Assembly: GCA_963751275.1 (NCBI GenBank)
Contig: CAVVTZ010000011.1
Span: forward strand, 352,001 to 416,000
Direction of reading: 5' to 3'
Source: an uncultured Gemmatimonadaceae bacterium
GTDB lineage: Bacteria > Gemmatimonadota > Gemmatimonadetes > Gemmatimonadales > Gemmatimonadaceae
Length of the DNA stretch: 64,000 nt
Part shown: in pieces, positions 1 to 8,948 of the stretch
Layout of the letters: each line of letters begins with the position of its first letter
Position numbering within the stretch: position 1 is the stretch's first letter
Translations under genes and position numbers: made by a program
The notes under the pieces: generated by a model
What the model was told of the DNA's origin: nothing
Seen by the model: the letters and a program-made list of their open reading frames with translations, nothing else
The model's database searches: none

Positions 1-948
1 CGCCAGCAGGAGGCCGCCCGACGTCTGGGGGTCCAGCAGCAGCGCGCGCTCGGCATCGGGCGCCATGCCCCAGTCGATCGTGGCCTCGAGCCAGTCGAAA
101 TTGCGCGATCCGCCGCCGGTGCGCGCGCCGCGCTTCCACGCCGCGCGCGCGCCGGGGAGGAGCGGCACCGCGGCGACATCGATGCGCAGCGTGACGCCGC
201 TCGCGCGCGCGATGTGCGTCGCATGGCCGAGCAGACCGAAGCCGGTGACGTCGGTGGCGCAGCGAACGCCGAGCGCGAGCGCGGCGCGGCTCGCCGCCGC
301 GTTGAGCGTCGTCATCGAGAGGATGAGCGCTTCGTTGTCGGCCGCGCCGAGCTCGCCGGCCTTTCCAGCGGTGGCGAGGAGGCCCGTGCCGATCGACTTG
401 GTGAGCACCAGCACATCGCCGGGCTTCGCGGCCGCATTGGTCAGGATCTGCTTCGGGTTCGCGCGGCCGGTGACCGAGAGGCCGTACTTGATCTCTTCGT
501 CGATGATCGTGTGGCCGCCGGCGATGACGGCGCCCGCGACGCGCACCATGTCCTGGCCGCCGCGCAGGATCTCGGTGAGGATCTCGAGCGGCAGCTTTCC
601 CGCCGGGAAGCCGACGATGTTGAGCGCGGTGAGCGGCTCGCCGCCCATCGCGAACACGTCGGAAAGCGCGTTCGTCGCGGCGATCCGGCCGAAGGTGTAC
701 GGGTCATCGACGATCGGCGCGAAGAAATCGACCGTCTGCACGAGCGCAATGTCGTCGGTGAGCAGGAAGATCCCGGCGTCGTCGAAGGAGCCGCGGCCAA
801 CGATGAGGCGGGGATCGACGTCGGCCGGCAGCGGCGCGAGCGCGCGCGAGAGATCGCCGGGCCCCATCTTGGCCGCACAGCCCGCGCATTTCGCGAACGC
901 GGTGAGGCGGAAGGTGCCCTGCGCGTCGGTCGTGGCAGCCATGGTCAT
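1..948 (-). CDS. selD: Selenide, water dikinase (selenophosphate synthetase), 3' end truncated by window edge
   Basis: Not in the ORF track. My translation from ATG at 948 gives MTMAATTDAQGTFRLTAFAKCAGCAAKMGPG...DDAGIF...VQTVDFFAPIVDDPYTFGRIAATNALSDVFAMGG...GGHTIIDEEIKYGLSVTG, which are classic SelD motifs. Confidence 0.95.
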   Translation of the reverse strand, partial: MTMAATTDAQGTFRLTAFAKCAGCAAKMGPGDLSRALAPLPADVDPRLIVGRGSFDDAGIFLLTDDIALVQTVDFFAPIVDDPYTFGRIAATNALSDVFAMGGEPLTALNIVGFPAGKLPLEILTEILRGGQDMVRVAGAVIAGGHTIIDEEIKYGLSVTGRANPKQILTNAAAKPGDVLVLTKSIGTGLLATAGKAGELGAADNEALILSMTTLNAAASRAALALGVRCATDVTGFGLLGHATHIARASGVTLRIDVAAVPLLPGARAAWKRGARTGGGSRNFDWLEATIDWGMAPDAERALLLDPQTSGGLLLA

Positions 949-973
949 GCGATCGCTCCCGGGTTCCCCAGTC

Positions 974-1354
974 CTACCCCTTCACGTACGCGATGGCATC
1001 GATCTCGACCAGCGCGTTGCGCGGCAAGGCCGCCACCTGGACCGTGGAGCGCGCGGGGCGCGCGGCGCCCAGGTGCTTGCCATAGAGTTCGTTCACCACG
1101 GGGAAATCGGCGAGATCGGCGAGATAGACGGTGGTCTTCACGACATCGGCCCACGTCGCGCCGCCCTCGGTGAGCACCGCGGTCAGATTGGCCAGCACGC
1201 GCTTGGTCTGCTCCTCGATCCCGCCGTCCACGATCTTCCCGCTGGCCGGGTCGAGCGCGATCTGGCCCGCGGTGAAGACGAACCCGTGCACGTGGATCCC
1301 CTGCGAGTACGGCCCGATCGCGGCGGGCGCTTTGTCGGTACTGATCGGCTTCAC
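974..1354 (-). CDS. ridA: RidA/YjgF family reactive intermediate deaminase
   Basis: APAAIGPYSQG, VKTTVYL, PARSTVQVAALPRNALVEIDAIA motifs. Confidence 0.93.
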   Translation of the reverse strand: MKPISTDKAPAAIGPYSQGIHVHGFVFTAGQIALDPASGKIVDGGIEEQTKRVLANLTAVLTEGGATWADVVKTTVYLADLADFPVVNELYGKHLGAARPARSTVQVAALPRNALVEIDAIAYVKG

Positions 1355-1423
1355 GTGACGTGACTCCAGCGGTGGAAGTGTCGGCGGTGCGCGTGCTCCG
1401 TGTGATATAGAGGGCGCACGCGT

Positions 1424-3103
1424 CTAGAACAACCCGGTGATCGACCCGTTCGGGAGGATCGCCATGCGCTCGGCGGCGGGCTCCTTGGGCAGTCCCGGCA
1501 TGGTCATGATGTCGCCCGCCTGCGCGACGACGAACCCGGCGCCGGCGGCGGGATAGACATCGTTCACCGCAATGCGGAAGCCTTTGGGGCGCCCGAGCAG
1601 CGTGGCGTCGTCGGACAATGAGTACTGCGTCTTGGCCATGCAGATCGGCGTCTCGCCGAGCCCGATGGACTCGAGGTACTCGATGGCGCGCTCGGCTTTG
1701 GGCGTATAGTCGGCGCCGTCGCCGCCATAGACCTTCTTCACGATCGTGTCGATCTTCTCGCGGATCGGCTTCTTGGCGTCGTAGAGCGGCGCGAACTTCG
1801 AACCGCCGGCGTTGAGCGCGGCGATCACCTCGTTCGCCATCTCGATGCCGCCTTCCCCGCCCTTCTCCCACACCTCATTGAGCGCGACGCGCACGCCCTG
1901 CTTGCGCGCGAAGTCCGCGACCATCGCGAGTTCCTTCTCGGAGTCGGAGGTGAAGCGATTCACCGCGACGATCACGGGCACGCCGAACTGCTTCACGTTC
2001 GCGATGTGCGCGGCGAGGTTCGGCAGGCCCTTCTCCAGCGCGGCCAGGTCCTCATTGGCGAGCCGCTTCTTGTCGGCGCCGCCGTTGAGTTTCAGTGCGC
2101 GGACCGTGGCGACCAGCACCGCGACCTCGGGATTGAGCCCGCCGAAGCGGCACTTGATGTCGAAGAATTTCTCGGCGCCGAGGTCCGAGCCGAAGCCCGC
2201 CTCGGTGACGACGATGTCGGCGAGCGCGAGGCCGGTCTTGGTCGCGATGATCGAGTTGCAGCCGTGCGCGATGTTGCCGAAGGGGCCGGCGTGCACGATG
2301 GCGGGGCCGCCTTCGAGGGTCTGCACGAGATTGGGGCGGATCGCATCTCTGAGCAGCAGGGTCATCGCGCCCACCGCCTTCAGGTCCGATGCGCGGATCG
2401 GTTTGCGCGACGCGCCGGTGGTGGCGCCCACGATGATCCGCGAGAGGCGCGTCTCGAGATCGTCGCGGCTCGACGCCAGCGCGACGATGGCCATCACTTC
2501 GCTGGCCGGGATGATCACCCACCGCTCCTCGCGCACGATGCCGTTCGCGACGCCGCCGAGCCCGATGATCGCGCTGCGCAGCGCGCGATCGTTCATGTCG
2601 ATCGTGCGCGGCCAGGTGATGCGGCGCGAGTCGATGCCGAGCGGGTTCCCCTGCGTGAGGTGATTGTCCACCATCGCGGAGAGCAGGCTGTGCGCGCTCG
2701 AGATCGCGTGGAAATCGCCGGTGAAGTGGAGGTTGATGTCCTCCATCGGGATCACCTGCGCGTAGCCGCCGCCGGCGGCGCCGCCCTTCACCCCGAAGAC
2801 GGGGCCGAGACTCGGCTCGCGGATGCAGAGCACCGTCTTCTTGCCGAGGCGGCGGAGCGCATCGGCGAGGCCGACGAGCGTCGTGCTCTTCCCCTCCCCC
2901 GCGGCGGTGGGATTGATGCCGGTGACGAGAACGAGCCGGCCGCGCGGCTTTCGCTGCGACACGTCGAGATCGATCTTCGCCTTGTACTTGCCGTAGAGAT
3001 CGAGCTCGTCCGGCACGAGGCCGAGTTCGGCGGCGACATCTCCGATCGGGCGGGGCTTGGCGGCCTGGGCGATCTCGATGTCGGAGGGGACCGGCTTGCT
3101 CAT
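1424..3103 (-). CDS. fhs: Formate--tetrahydrofolate ligase
   Basis: True start MSKPVPSDIEIAQ at 3103; motifs PTAAGEGKST, GVKGGAAGGGYAQV, GPFGNIAHG, CMAKTQYSLSD, IMTMPGLP. Confidence 0.97.
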   Translation of the reverse strand: MSKPVPSDIEIAQAAKPRPIGDVAAELGLVPDELDLYGKYKAKIDLDVSQRKPRGRLVLVTGINPTAAGEGKSTTLVGLADALRRLGKKTVLCIREPSLGPVFGVKGGAAGGGYAQVIPMEDINLHFTGDFHAISSAHSLLSAMVDNHLTQGNPLGIDSRRITWPRTIDMNDRALRSAIIGLGGVANGIVREERWVIIPASEVMAIVALASSRDDLETRLSRIIVGATTGASRKPIRASDLKAVGAMTLLLRDAIRPNLVQTLEGGPAIVHAGPFGNIAHGCNSIIATKTGLALADIVVTEAGFGSDLGAEKFFDIKCRFGGLNPEVAVLVATVRALKLNGGADKKRLANEDLAALEKGLPNLAAHIANVKQFGVPVIVAVNRFTSDSEKELAMVADFARKQGVRVALNEVWEKGGEGGIEMANEVIAALNAGGSKFAPLYDAKKPIREKIDTIVKKVYGGDGADYTPKAERAIEYLESIGLGETPICMAKTQYSLSDDATLLGRPKGFRIAVNDVYPAAGAGFVVAQAGDIMTMPGLPKEPAAERMAILPNGSITGLF

Positions 3104-3113
3104 GTTTAGCGGC

Positions 3114-3141
3114 TCGGGATTCGGGAGTCGGGATTCGGGCG
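3114..3141. repeat. Short heptamer tandem repeat (TCGGGAT/TCGGGAG, 4 imperfect copies)
   Basis: tcgggat tcgggag tcgggat tcgggcg in the tatD-fhs intergenic gap. Confidence 0.7.
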
Positions 3142-3177
3142 GGACGCGGGAAGCTACCCTTTCGACGCGAGTGGGCG

Positions 3178-3939
3178 CTAGGAGAGGCGGAAGAAGCGGC
3201 GGGCGTTGGCGGTGGTGATCGAGGCGACATGCTCCGCGCTCTGGGCGCGAGCCTGGGCGAGCCGTGCGATCGTGAGCGGGACGAAGGAGGGTTCGTTCCG
3301 CTTGCCGCGATGCGGGACCGGCGCGAGGAAGGGCGCGTCGGACTCGACGAGGAGGCGGTCGTCGGGAACGAGGCGCAGGAGATCGTCGTCGGTCCACTTC
3401 TTGAACGTCACGATGCCGCTGAACGAGACGTACCACCCGGCGGCGAGCGCGTGCGCGGCGAGGGGGGCGCTGCCGGTGTAGCAGTGCAGCACACCGGTGA
3501 CGCCGGCCGCGGCGGTGATCATCGCGCGGGTGTCCTCTTCGGCCTCGCGCGTGTGGACCACCACCGGCACGTGGCGCGCCGCCGCGAGTTCGAGCTGGGC
3601 GCGGAACGCGGCGCGCTGGAGATCGCGCGGCGAGTGATCGTAGTGGTAGTCGAGCCCGCACTCGCCCACGGCGACCGCGCCCGCGTCGAGCAGCGCCGTG
3701 AGCGCGGGGATGTCGCGCGCGGCATCGAACGCCGCGGCGTCGTGCGGGTGGACGCCGGCGGTGAACGCGATGCGGCCGGCGTGCGCCGCCGCGATCGCCC
3801 GGGCGCGGTCGGCCGCGTCGAGCGACTCGCCGATGCACACCACCGCAACGGCGCCGCCGTCGAACGCGCGCGCGATCACCGCATCGCGGTCGGCATCGAA
3901 GGCGGGATCGGCGAGATGCGCGTGACTGTCGATGAACAT
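3178..3939 (-). CDS. tatD: TatD family hydrolase/DNase
   Basis: DSHAHL, GVHPH, GECGLDYHY, VHTREA, HCYTG, ESDAPFLAP motifs. Confidence 0.95.
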   Translation of the reverse strand: MFIDSHAHLADPAFDADRDAVIARAFDGGAVAVVCIGESLDAADRARAIAAAHAGRIAFTAGVHPHDAAAFDAARDIPALTALLDAGAVAVGECGLDYHYDHSPRDLQRAAFRAQLELAAARHVPVVVHTREAEEDTRAMITAAAGVTGVLHCYTGSAPLAAHALAAGWYVSFSGIVTFKKWTDDDLLRLVPDDRLLVESDAPFLAPVPHRGKRNEPSFVPLTIARLAQARAQSAEHVASITTANARRFFRLS

Positions 3940-3985
3940 GGCTCCCGATGCGACGCCGCCGCCCGGAGAGGCGGCGGCGGGTGGC

Positions 3986-4991
3986 TCACTGGACGACGGG
4001 CGACCGCTTCGGATCCGGCGCGCGGCGCGTGTCCATCGGGCGCAGCGGTTTCACGCCGACGCCGCCGGTCTCCCCCATCGCGCGCGGCCATTTGGTCTCG
4101 ATCCAGAGCAGGATCGGCGAGGCGACGTAGATGGAGCTGAACGTGCCGGTCACGACGCCGAAGCACATGACGAGCGCGAACGGCCGCAGCACCTCGCCGC
4201 CCAGCAGCACGAGCGCGAGCAACGTCGCGAACACGGTGGCGTGCGTCATGACCGAGCGCGGCAGCGTCTCGTTCACCGACCGGTTGAGCGTGTCGTAGAG
4301 CGGTTCGCGCTTGAACTTGTGCAAGTTCTCGCGCACGCGGTCGAAGATGATGATCGTGTCGTTCAGCGAGTAGCCGATCATCGTGAGGATGCCGCCGACG
4401 ACGACCAGCGACACTTCGAGGTTCGCGTACTTGATGAACGCGAGCGTCGCGAGGATGTCGTGCGCCGTGGCGATGACGGCCGCGACGCCGAAGCGCGTCT
4501 CGAAGCGGAACGCCAGATAGATCAGCGTCACCACGAACGAGACGAGGATCGCGTAGAGCGCCTTCTGCCGGAGCTCGCCGCCGACCTTCGGGCCCACCGA
4601 CCCGGTGCTCATGACGTTGAACGATCCGGCGCCGTAGTGCCGGACGAGCGCGGAGTCGATCCGGTCGGCGATCTTCTCGGCGCCGGCCTCCTGCTCGGCG
4701 ACGGTGCGCGAATCCTGCACGCGCACGAGGTAGACCTTGTCGGAGCCGAACTGCGTGATCTCCTCGCCGCGGATGCCGGCGCCGTCGATCGCCGAGCGGA
4801 TCTCATCGACCTTGGGTGCGTTCGTGAACGCAGATCTGCATCGACGTGCCGCCGGTGAACTCGATGCTGTAGTTGTAGCCGAAGATCGCGATGAGGATGA
4901 TCCCGGGAACGATGAACGCCAGCGTCGCCACCGTCGTGATCCGCCACTTGCTGATGAAGTCGAAATGGGTGTTGTGCAGGATGCGTATCAT
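3986..4991 (-). CDS. secF: Protein translocase subunit SecF (frameshift near 4830)
   Basis: N-terminal piece (4803-4991) has SIEFTGG; C-terminal piece has GYSLNDTIIIFDRVRE and GTFSSIYVA; follows secD. Confidence 0.92.
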
Positions 4992-6682
4992 CAGATGCTC
5001 AGCGTCTGGGTGGCCGCGTTGCGGTTCAGCCAGATCATGTAGAAGGTCCGCACGACGTAGATCGCGCTCACCATCGAAGCCGCGATGCCGGCGAGGAGGG
5101 TGGCGGCGAAGCCCTTCACGGGGCCGGTACCGATCTCGAAGAGCACGAGCGCGGTGAGCGCGGTGGAGACGTTGGAGTCGATGATGGCGCTCATGGCGTG
5201 CTTGAAGCCCTCGTCGATCGCGGCGCGCACGCTCTTGCCGTGGTCGAGTTCCTCGCGGATCCGCTCGAAGATCAGCACGTTCGCGTCCACGGCGATGCCG
5301 ACGGAGAGCACGAGGCCGGCGAGCCCGGGCAGCGTGAGCACCGCGTCGAGGCCGGCGAGCAGCGCCAGCGTCCAGAGCACGTAGAGGGTGAGCGCCGCCA
5401 CCGCCAGCACGCCGGAGAAGCGGTAGTAGCCGATCATGACGATGATGACGAGCAAGAGGCCGGCGATGCCGGCGCGCTCGCCATCCTTGATCGAGTCCTC
5501 GCCCAGGCTCGCTCCGATCGTGGCCGACTCGACGACCTTGAGCGGCACGGGCAGCGCGCCGGCGCGGAGCACGAGCGCCAGGTCCTGCACCTTCTGCAGC
5601 GGCTGGCCTTTCATCGTGATCTGGCCGCGCGTGCCGATCGCGCTCTGGATCACGGGCGGACGGCCCATGACGCGGTCGTCGAGCACGATCGCCATGTAGT
5701 CGCCGACGTGCTTGGCGGTCTCCTCGCGGAACCGGCGGCCGCCTTCGTTGTTCAGCGTGAAGCTGACGACCGTGCCCTCGATCGGGTCGGTGACGGGCTT
5801 CGCGTCCACCAGATACTCGCCGGTGATGATCGGGCGCGCATCCACCACATAGAAGGACAATGTCGCCTCCGGCACGCCCGGCGTCGCATCATCGACGCCC
5901 CAATGCACCGCCTTGCCCGGCGGGAGCGCGGCCTGCACCTCGGGATTGTCGAGGTAACGCTTCATCATCGGCACGTCGGCGGCCATCACGATGTACTCGC
6001 CCGGCATGCCGCCCGGCTGCACCAGCTTGGAGAACGGGCCAGCGCCGTTCGCGAAGAGCGACGACGTGTCCTGCTTCGGCGCCGCCTTGCCGCCCTTCCC
6101 CTTCTTGGCGCCGGTGTCCGCGGGCTGCGTGAAGAGGTCCAGCGCGCCCTTGCCGTGCGCCGCAGTGTCGGTGGCGCCTGCCACCACGCCCGCCGGCGTC
6201 GCGCCGATCGCGCCGCTCCGGTCCTTGATGAGCTGGTCGATGCGCGGCATCACCTTCTCGAGCGCCTGCGTCTTGTCCGTGATCTGGAACTGCAGGAAGG
6301 CCGACGAGCGCACGAGGTCCTCGGCGCGCTGGCGGTCCTTCTCGCCGGGCAGCTCGACGACAATGCGGTCGTCGCCGACCTTCTGCACCACCGGCTCGGC
6401 GACGCCGAACTGGTCGATGCGGTTCCGGACCACGGTGAGCGCGCGGTCGATCGCTTCCTTCTTGTTCGCGACCACCGCGTGCGACTCATCCACTTCGAGC
6501 GCGATGTACATGCCGCCCTGCAGATCGAGTCCGAGCTTGAGCGGAACGCGCCGCACGGTGGTCGATTTCATCACACCGGTGTCGTCCCGGCTGCGGACCG
6601 TCACTTCGCGCGGATAGAGCGTGAACGCGGCCAGCGCGATCAAGCCGAGGATGACGATGATTCGCGAGCGGATGCTGGACAT
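4991..6682 (-). CDS. secD: Protein translocase subunit SecD
   Basis: LGLDLQGG, RNRIDQFGVAEP, LRAGALP, GIAVDANVLIFERIREE. Confidence 0.97.
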   Translation of the reverse strand: MSSIRSRIIVILGLIALAAFTLYPREVTVRSRDDTGVMKSTTVRRVPLKLGLDLQGGMYIALEVDESHAVVANKKEAIDRALTVVRNRIDQFGVAEPVVQKVGDDRIVVELPGEKDRQRAEDLVRSSAFLQFQITDKTQALEKVMPRIDQLIKDRSGAIGATPAGVVAGATDTAAHGKGALDLFTQPADTGAKKGKGGKAAPKQDTSSLFANGAGPFSKLVQPGGMPGEYIVMAADVPMMKRYLDNPEVQAALPPGKAVHWGVDDATPGVPEATLSFYVVDARPIITGEYLVDAKPVTDPIEGTVVSFTLNNEGGRRFREETAKHVGDYMAIVLDDRVMGRPPVIQSAIGTRGQITMKGQPLQKVQDLALVLRAGALPVPLKVVESATIGASLGEDSIKDGERAGIAGLLLVIIVMIGYYRFSGVLAVAALTLYVLWTLALLAGLDAVLTLPGLAGLVLSVGIAVDANVLIFERIREELDHGKSVRAAIDEGFKHAMSAIIDSNVSTALTALVLFEIGTGPVKGFAATLLAGIAASMVSAIYVVRTFYMIWLNRNAATQTLSI

Positions 6683-6719
6683 CGGGGACTCGTAAAGGAG
6701 TGGTACGGGAGAGCCTAGA

Positions 6720-6748
6720 ACGATACCCGGCTAGCCAAGCGCCGTCAA
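6720..6748 (-). promoter_or_regulatory. Putative sigma70 promoter of secD
   Basis: Minus strand TTGACG-N17-TATCGT about 40 bp upstream of secD, overlapping the ribF 3' end. Confidence 0.55.
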
Positions 6749-7685
6749 CGCAATCCGTGCGTTCGCCGCATCGCGCGCCAATTGCTCGGCGAGGGCCGCG
6801 GGGCTCGGGAATCGCTGCGTGTCCCGCAGCCGCGACACGAATTCCACGCGGACGGACGCGGCCGTACAACTCTCCCGGTTCACCGAACAGGTGCAGCTCG
6901 AGCGAGCTCTCGTGATCGCCGAAGGTGGGACGGGGGCCCATGTTCATCATGCCGCCGAACGCACCGGCCGGCGTCTGCGCGCGCACGGCATATACCCCCT
7001 CCGGCGGCAGGAGTTTGCGCCCCGACGGCATCGGCAGGTTGATCGTCGGGAAACCCAGTGTGCGCCCGCGCTGCGCGCCGGGCTGCACGACACCGATCAC
7101 GGAGTATAGGCGGCCGAGCGCGCGCGCGGCGCGGCCCAGATCGCCGCCGGCGACGAGGCGCCGGATCAGCGTGGAGCTCACCGGCGTGGGCGGCGCGTCG
7201 TCGAGCATCACGGCGGGCACCACCTCCACGGCGAACCCGCGTGCGGCGCCCAGGCGGCGGAGCGTCTCCACGTCGCCGGTGCGCCCGCGGCCCAGGCCAT
7301 GGTCGTGACCGATCACCAGCTCGCGCATGTGGAATCGGCGGCGCAGGATCTGATCCACGAACTCCGCGGCGTCGTACCGCTGGAGCTCGCTCGTGAAGGG
7401 GACGATCGCCATGTACCCGATGCCGCTGAGCGCGACCACCTCCACCTTCTCCGCGGCGGTGGACAAGAGCGGCGGCGCGGCGGCGGGATTCACGACCTCG
7501 AGCGGGTGCGGGTCGAAGGTGACGAGCACGCTCGCGAGGCCGCTCGCGCGGCCGCGCGCGGCGATGCGCTGGAGCACATCCCAGTGGCCCCGGTGCACGC
7601 CGTCAAAGGTGCCGACCGTGACCACCGTGCCGGGGGTGTCAGGCGGAAGACCGGAGTCCTTCCAGCTGGCGAAGCGCTCAGGCAT
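6731..7685 (-). CDS. ribF: Bifunctional riboflavin kinase/FAD synthetase (frameshift near 6860)
   Basis: GTFDGVHRGH, TFDPHP, SSTLIR, GRTLGFPTIN; C-terminus VEFVSRLRDTQRF...ALG* lies in another frame. Confidence 0.93.
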
Positions 7686-8541
7686 CGCGCAACACCAGGA
7701 AGGGGTGCCACCCGGCGCCTTGCCGGTCGGCGAGCGCGACCAGGTCGCCGGCGGCATCGACCAGCGCGATGCGGTCCGTCGCCGCGGGGACATCGGCGGC
7801 GACAGGCATGCCGCGCGCGGCGCGCGCGACACCGGCCTCGTCGAGCGCGACGGCCGAAAGACTCGCGACCGCCTCGCGCATCGGGCGCAGCGCGCGTTCG
7901 CCGTGCTTGAGCGCGTCGAGCGTGGCCGCGTCGTTCACGCGGTAGGCGCCGACCGCGAGGCGGCGAAGCGCGGCGAGATGCGCGGCGCTTCCCGCGGCGC
8001 GGCCGAGATCGCGCGCGAGCGACCGGATGTAGGTTCCGCCCGAGCACGTGATGCGGGCGTCGAGTTCGCCGTCGCGCCACGCGAGCGGCTCCCACGCGTG
8101 GACCGTGATCCGCACCGGCTTCAATTCGAGCGGCGTGCCGCGCCGCGCCGCGTCGTAGGCGCGCCGGCCGCCCACCTGCTTCGCGGAGTACGCGGGCGGG
8201 AGCTGATCGAGCGGCCCGGTGAGCGACGGCAGCGCCTGGAGCACGCGCCGTTCATCCGGCGGCTCGGCGGCCCGCGTCACCTGTCCGGTGCCGTCGTCCG
8301 TATCGGTCTCGCTGCCGAAGCGGATGGTGGCGTCATAGACCTTGGGCTCATCGTCCATGTAGTCGAGCAGGCGCGTCGCGCGGCCGGCGAGCAGGACGAG
8401 CAGTCCGGTGGCGAAGGGATCGAGCGTGCCCGCGTGGCCGATGCGGCGGACCCCGAGGGCGCGGCGCGCGATCGCGACGACGTCGTGCGAGGTGATGCCG
8501 GCCGGCTTGTCCACGAGGAGCACGCCGTCAGTCGAGGTCAT
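7678..8541 (-). CDS. truB: tRNA pseudouridine(55) synthase
   Basis: DKPAGITSHDVV, GHAGTLDPFATG, CSGGTYIRSLARDLG. Confidence 0.97.
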   Translation of the reverse strand: MTSTDGVLLVDKPAGITSHDVVAIARRALGVRRIGHAGTLDPFATGLLVLLAGRATRLLDYMDDEPKVYDATIRFGSETDTDDGTGQVTRAAEPPDERRVLQALPSLTGPLDQLPPAYSAKQVGGRRAYDAARRGTPLELKPVRITVHAWEPLAWRDGELDARITCSGGTYIRSLARDLGRAAGSAAHLAALRRLAVGAYRVNDAATLDALKHGERALRPMREAVASLSAVALDEAGVARAARGMPVAADVPAATDRIALVDAAGDLVALADRQGAGWHPFLVLRDA

Positions 8542-8917
8542 CCTCGCCGGAGGCGGGAGGCTTCTGCCCTTCCTTCACCTGCGTGAGCAGCGTCTCGATG
8601 CGCGCGGCGCGCTCGATGGTCGGATCGTTGTGGAAGGCGATCGTGGGCGCGAAGTGGAGCGTGAGCACCTTGGCCAGTCGCGAGCGCACCGAGGGCGCGA
8701 TCGCCGCGAGGCCTTCCATCGTCTGGTCGCGCTCGGCGGCGGTGCCCATGACGCTCACGAAGACCTTGGCGTGGCGCAGGTCGCGCGTGACGTCCACGCC
8801 GGTGACCGTGACGAAGCCGACGATGCGCGGGTCCTTCACGCCGCCGATGAGCACCGTCGCGACCTCTTCGCGGATCGCCTCCGCGACGCGGTCGGCGCGC
8901 CGATTGTCCTTGGCCAT
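8528..8917 (-). CDS. rbfA: Ribosome-binding factor A
   Basis: RADRVAEAIREE, KDPRI, VDVTRDLRHAKVFVS; between infB and truB. Confidence 0.95.
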   Translation of the reverse strand: MAKDNRRADRVAEAIREEVATVLIGGVKDPRIVGFVTVTGVDVTRDLRHAKVFVSVMGTAAERDQTMEGLAAIAPSVRSRLAKVLTLHFAPTIAFHNDPTIERAARIETLLTQVKEGQKPPASGEDDLD

Positions 8918-8948
8918 CTCTGCCTCCCCGGTGCGGATCGACGTGCCG

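Noticed and set aside
868..900. Possible selenocysteine codon in selD
   Set aside because: The codons are TGC and TGT, with no in-frame TGA
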